Assembly (NCBI GenBank): GCA_038895675.1
Contig: JAWANB010000007.1
Span: 1 to 28,196, forward strand
Length of the DNA stretch: 28,196 bases
Direction of reading: 5' to 3'
Source: Candidatus Iainarchaeum sp.
Lineage (GTDB): Archaea; Iainarchaeota; Iainarchaeia; Iainarchaeales; Iainarchaeaceae
The notes under the pieces: model-generated
Database searches by the model: none
Told to the model about the DNA's origin: nothing
What the model saw: the letters and a program-made list of their open reading frames with translations, nothing else
In this document: piece after piece, positions 24,747 through 28,196 of the stretch
How the letters are laid out: each line of letters begins with the position of its first letter
Numbering within the stretch: the first letter of the stretch is position 1
Translations under genes and position numbers: made by a program

Positions 24747-26852
24747 TTATTGTTTGCTTGTGGGTTTGTAGTAGCCGTTTCTTGGGCAGTACACGTCTCC
24801 TTTTTCTGCTAATTTTGTTAGAAGGTCTCTTACTTTGTCTGCTTCTATGCCTTGTGCTTTTCCTTCGTTTATTATTTCTTCTATTGGTACCATGTCAAGT
24901 TCTGTTGCTTTTTCTTTTATTATGTTCAGTACTTTTTTGAGGTTTGTTAGCATTGTGTGTGTTTGGCCTACAGTTATTATATCTATGTCTATTTTTCCTG
25001 TTTCTGGGTCGGTCACTAAGTCTTGTAGTGATGTTTTCACTAACCTTATTGCTCTTTCCACGTCTTGTCTTTCTACAAAGTCTGATAGTCTTACTTTTGC
25101 ACTGGCTTCTGATAATCTTATTAGTCCTTCTAATTGTCTGTGTGTTGCGCTGTAAGCTCCTTCTTTTCTTCCTTGGTCTCTTAATGAAACATAAAAGTCT
25201 GATAATTCTTTTAGTGCTTCGTCTGTAAGCACTGGGAAAACATTTTGTCTTGCGTATGATATGTATTTTTTCAGTAGTTTTTCTGGTATTTTTGGTGTTA
25301 TTTGTTTTGTTATTTCTTCTAATTCTTCGTCTTTTTTTCCTATTCTTTTTTTTGACCTTTGTAATATCATTTCGCCTGCTTTGTGTGTTTTTAGTATGTG
25401 CATTGCTATTTCTGCGTCTTTCGTTTTGTCTAAGACGTCTCTTATCATAAAGAACAGGTCAAACCTGCTTATTAGTGATGGAGGCAAGTCTATTTGTTCT
25501 ATGAATGGCCTATAAATGTCAAACCTTGAGTATTTTGGGTTTGCAGCTGCTAATATTGATGTTTCTGTTTTGAATTTTGTTACTATTCCTGCTTTTGCTA
25601 TGCTTATTGATTGTTGTTCCATTGCTTCGTGCATTGCACTTCTGTCTTCTGAGTCCATTTTATCAAATTCGTCAATCATTGCCATGCCGCCAGAAGCTAA
25701 AACTAGTGCTCCCGCTTTTAGTGTCCAACCACCTTCTCCAAACTCGTCTTTCACTGCTGTTGCTGAGATTCCTGCTCCACTCGAGGTTTTTCCTGCAACA
25801 TAAATTGATTTTGGTGCTATGCTATCTGTTGCCTTTAGTACTGCACTTTTTGCCATTCCGGGGTCGCCTACTAGCAATATGTGTATGTTTCCTCTTACTT
25901 GTTGGTCGTTAGGCAATATTTTTTTGACTCCGCCAAAGAGTTGTAGTGCTATTGCTTCTTTCATTATTTCATGCCCATAAATGTGGGGCGCTATGCTTTG
26001 CACTAACATTTCATAAATGTCTTCTCTTTTTGCCAGTTCTTTTATTTGTTCTTCTTCTTCTTTACTTATTTCTACTTCTTCAAACTCTTTTTCTGTTTCT
26101 TCAATGTGCATTCCTTCCAAGTATCTGCCATAAACCGTTTTCTTTTCTTTTGGCGGAATTAGTCTTAGTATTCCGGTTATTTTTGCTCTTGCTCCTGGGC
26201 TCACTTTATTTACTATGTCATCTGAAACATAAATGTCCAAGTTAGTTGCTTTCTCGCTTCCTTTCAGCTTTTCAAGTGGTTCTTGTATTGTTATTTTTTG
26301 GTAATCCACGAACTCGCTTTTGTCTTCTATCAATTCAAAGTTCTTTTGTTTACATTCGGCGCAATAATTAGGTGCTTTTATTATGTTCTTTTTTTGGGGT
26401 ATTTTGTATGTTGCGTCGCATCTTAAGCATCTCCATGTAGCATATTTTAGTTTTGGTAATACTTCTGTTATTTGTTGAACTACTCCTTCAACACATATTA
26501 GTTTTCCAACGTGTTCTGCCCCAATGTTTTTTAAGTTAATACATTTTTCTTGTGGTAAATTATAGAATCTTATGTGTGGTTTGAACTTTTTTTGGTCTAA
26601 ACTTGGAATGTCTATTTCTGTAATAGCTTCGTATGCTGCTTCAAGACAAGAGTCTGGGTTTTCTAATAGTTCATCTGCTAATTCAGGGTCAAAATGCTCT
26701 AGTTCTGTAAAGTCTATTTGAAAGCTTTTTTTTTCAGGGTACTTTTGAGCTAATTTTTCTATTTGTTTTGTTTGGCTATATCTAAAAAACTCGAGGAATT
26801 TTTCTTGCAGTGGATTTTCGTTGCTTATTTCTTTTTCTAATTCTTTATACAT
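24747..26852 (-). CDS. mcm: MCM replicative helicase (no intein)
   Basis: Zn finger CLRC..CAEC, Walker A GDPGMAKS, Walker B IDEFDKM, AANP, arginine finger SRFD, sensor-2 RQLE and a C-terminal winged helix. Confidence 0.98.
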   Translation of the reverse strand: MYKELEKEISNENPLQEKFLEFFRYSQTKQIEKLAQKYPEKKSFQIDFTELEHFDPELADELLENPDSCLEAAYEAITEIDIPSLDQKKFKPHIRFYNLPQEKCINLKNIGAEHVGKLICVEGVVQQITEVLPKLKYATWRCLRCDATYKIPQKKNIIKAPNYCAECKQKNFELIEDKSEFVDYQKITIQEPLEKLKGSEKATNLDIYVSDDIVNKVSPGARAKITGILRLIPPKEKKTVYGRYLEGMHIEETEKEFEEVEISKEEEEQIKELAKREDIYEMLVQSIAPHIYGHEIMKEAIALQLFGGVKKILPNDQQVRGNIHILLVGDPGMAKSAVLKATDSIAPKSIYVAGKTSSGAGISATAVKDEFGEGGWTLKAGALVLASGGMAMIDEFDKMDSEDRSAMHEAMEQQSISIAKAGIVTKFKTETSILAAANPKYSRFDIYRPFIEQIDLPPSLISRFDLFFMIRDVLDKTKDAEIAMHILKTHKAGEMILQRSKKRIGKKDEELEEITKQITPKIPEKLLKKYISYARQNVFPVLTDEALKELSDFYVSLRDQGRKEGAYSATHRQLEGLIRLSEASAKVRLSDFVERQDVERAIRLVKTSLQDLVTDPETGKIDIDIITVGQTHTMLTNLKKVLNIIKEKATELDMVPIEEIINEGKAQGIEADKVRDLLTKLAEKGDVYCPRNGYYKPTSKQ

Positions 26853-27257
26853 TTGCTACCACTTCTTAAGCCCAAATAAAAAGTTTTTTTATTTCTTTTA
26901 AAGTCATTCAGAGTTGATTGCCATTGTATGGCTTTGTCGGTGTGTTGGGAGAATTCGTGTTTTATAGTTATTAGTAGTTCGGTTAGTTAATCCCAATTAA
27001 TTAATTTTCAAAACCATTTTTTGAAAAGTATTAAGAAAAACTAACTTTTGTTGTTTATCGTTTATTGTTTTTTGTCTTGTTTTTTTTAGTCGTGAGTTAC
27101 TATCCATTTCGTTTTTTTTTGTTAGTCTTGTTTTTGTCCATTATTTTTGTTTAGTTTCCTTATCAGGCCATGGTTTTTCATAGTTTTTAAGCCTGGTGTA
27201 GTTTTTTTTGTTTCTTTGTTTTTCAGTTGTTTTTAATTTCTAAAGTCGTGTGTTTTT

Positions 27258-28082
27258 TTATGGTAATTCTGTTGTTTTTATCATTAGGTAGACTATTATC
27301 ATGCAAACTACTTGTATTGGCAAGGCAGGTAATGGCTTTTTTTGTTTTGTCAGTATTTCAAAGGTTATGATTAAACCTATTATAGACGAAATCAAAATTA
27401 TTCCAGCTAAGTATGTGGGGTTTGCATAATTTTTTAACATGGCTTCATGCATGACGCTTATTGCAAATACTATTGGTATTACTATGTCTCCTGTGCCGAG
27501 TTCGTATTTTCTTTCATTGCCTTGTATTTCATAAGTAAAAGCAAGGTTTTTGCCTGAGAGTTTTTTTGCCATTTCTACCATGTGTTTTGTTTTGAAAACT
27601 GCTATGTAATCGTAAATAGCTAAAATTATCATTAGTGTTAAAGCTGGTATTGTGCCTATGCTTACCCCTATTATTGCTGAAGTGCCTGCAACAGCAATTA
27701 CACTTACAAAATTTTTTATTAAACTATTTTTGTAAATGTTTTTTGTTATTACTATTATAGCGCCTATCATTATTGCTATTTCAAAGCTTATGTTTGTTGG
27801 GTAAAGTATTATGGTTGTTGCTGCTATTATTGCGATACTTTCTATTACTTTTAATGCTATGTATGTTATGTAATCAGGCAATTTTTTGAAAGCTAAAAGA
27901 AGTATTCCTGTGAATATTATTATCCAAAGTATTATGCCTATGCTATTTTCTATTGCTTCTGGATTTTCGTTTATTAGTGTTGCTTTTATTTGGTCTTGAA
28001 TTAAGCTTTGTGCAGAATATATGCTTAATACGCTCGTGATTAGAAATATCATTATTGTGTTTATTACTAATTTTTTTTCCAT
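27258..28082 (-). CDS. Presenilin/signal-peptide-peptidase-family intramembrane aspartyl protease
   Basis: YD.IAVFKTKHM, LGTGD and PLPALP, with multiple TM helices. ATG at 28082 is preferred over TTG at 28103. Confidence 0.93.
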   Translation of the reverse strand: MEKKLVINTIMIFLITSVLSIYSAQSLIQDQIKATLINENPEAIENSIGIILWIIIFTGILLLAFKKLPDYITYIALKVIESIAIIAATTIILYPTNISFEIAIMIGAIIVITKNIYKNSLIKNFVSVIAVAGTSAIIGVSIGTIPALTLMIILAIYDYIAVFKTKHMVEMAKKLSGKNLAFTYEIQGNERKYELGTGDIVIPIVFAISVMHEAMLKNYANPTYLAGIILISSIIGLIITFEILTKQKKPLPALPIQVVCMIIVYLMIKTTELP

Positions 28083-28196
28083 CGTTGTTTCCCTTAATTT
28101 CAATTTTGTTGTTAATTTAGTTTTCCACTAAGTTATTAAAAATTGGTCTTTCGTTTTTATTGTTTAAATTTATAGCATAACTATTTTTTTTGTCGT

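Noticed and set aside
25845..25868. MCM Walker A 'defect' (GDPGMAKS)
   Set aside because: Ala or Ser in place of the Gly before Lys is normal for MCM proteins.
1647..26245. Numerous antisense or overlapping ORFs rich in F/L/S/C in the track (e.g. 3285-3758, 7112-7627, 8818-9216, 25577-25912)
   Set aside because: They are shadow frames of well-supported genes, favoured by the T-rich + strand.
26853..27257. Replication origin beside mcm
   Set aside because: No ORB-like repeats or cdc6/orc1 gene were seen, and the strand skew does not visibly switch here.

Overview
AT-rich archaeal chromosomal window. Top6A/B, MCM, aIF-1A, aIF-2beta, Rio1, a presenilin homologue and a BHB-type tRNA intron mark it as archaeal. 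The compact gene set and Cys-rich surface protein suggest a DPANN lineage (inference). Most of 6.9-28.2 kb is housekeeping: pyrH, hppA, two HAD hydrolases, acdA, mre11, top6AB, a KH protein, rio1, NYN/DUF2226/roadblock-like genes, ttuA-like, aIF-2beta, DUF424, aIF-1A, DedA/VTT, mcm and psh. Three things stand out. (1) A tRNA-Cys(GCA) gene (132-463), absent from the ORF track, is split at the canonical 37/38 position by a 261-nt intron with an intact bulge-helix-bulge motif. The intron is mostly an array of five REP-like hairpins of two sequence types, each followed by the same 15-nt motif. (2) A ~3-kb integrase-less islet carrying a UvrD helicase-PD-(D/E)XK/Fe-S nuclease fusion is bounded by an exact 44-bp direct repeat of the 3' end of pyrH. 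(3) A P2-type ATPase has its conserved M4 PEGL motif replaced by PNSL. Smaller observations are a frameshifted lipoprotein-like remnant, a shared 18-bp dyad motif at identical spacing from two TATA boxes, and strong strand compositional skew. All calls were made by eye from motifs; no searches were run.
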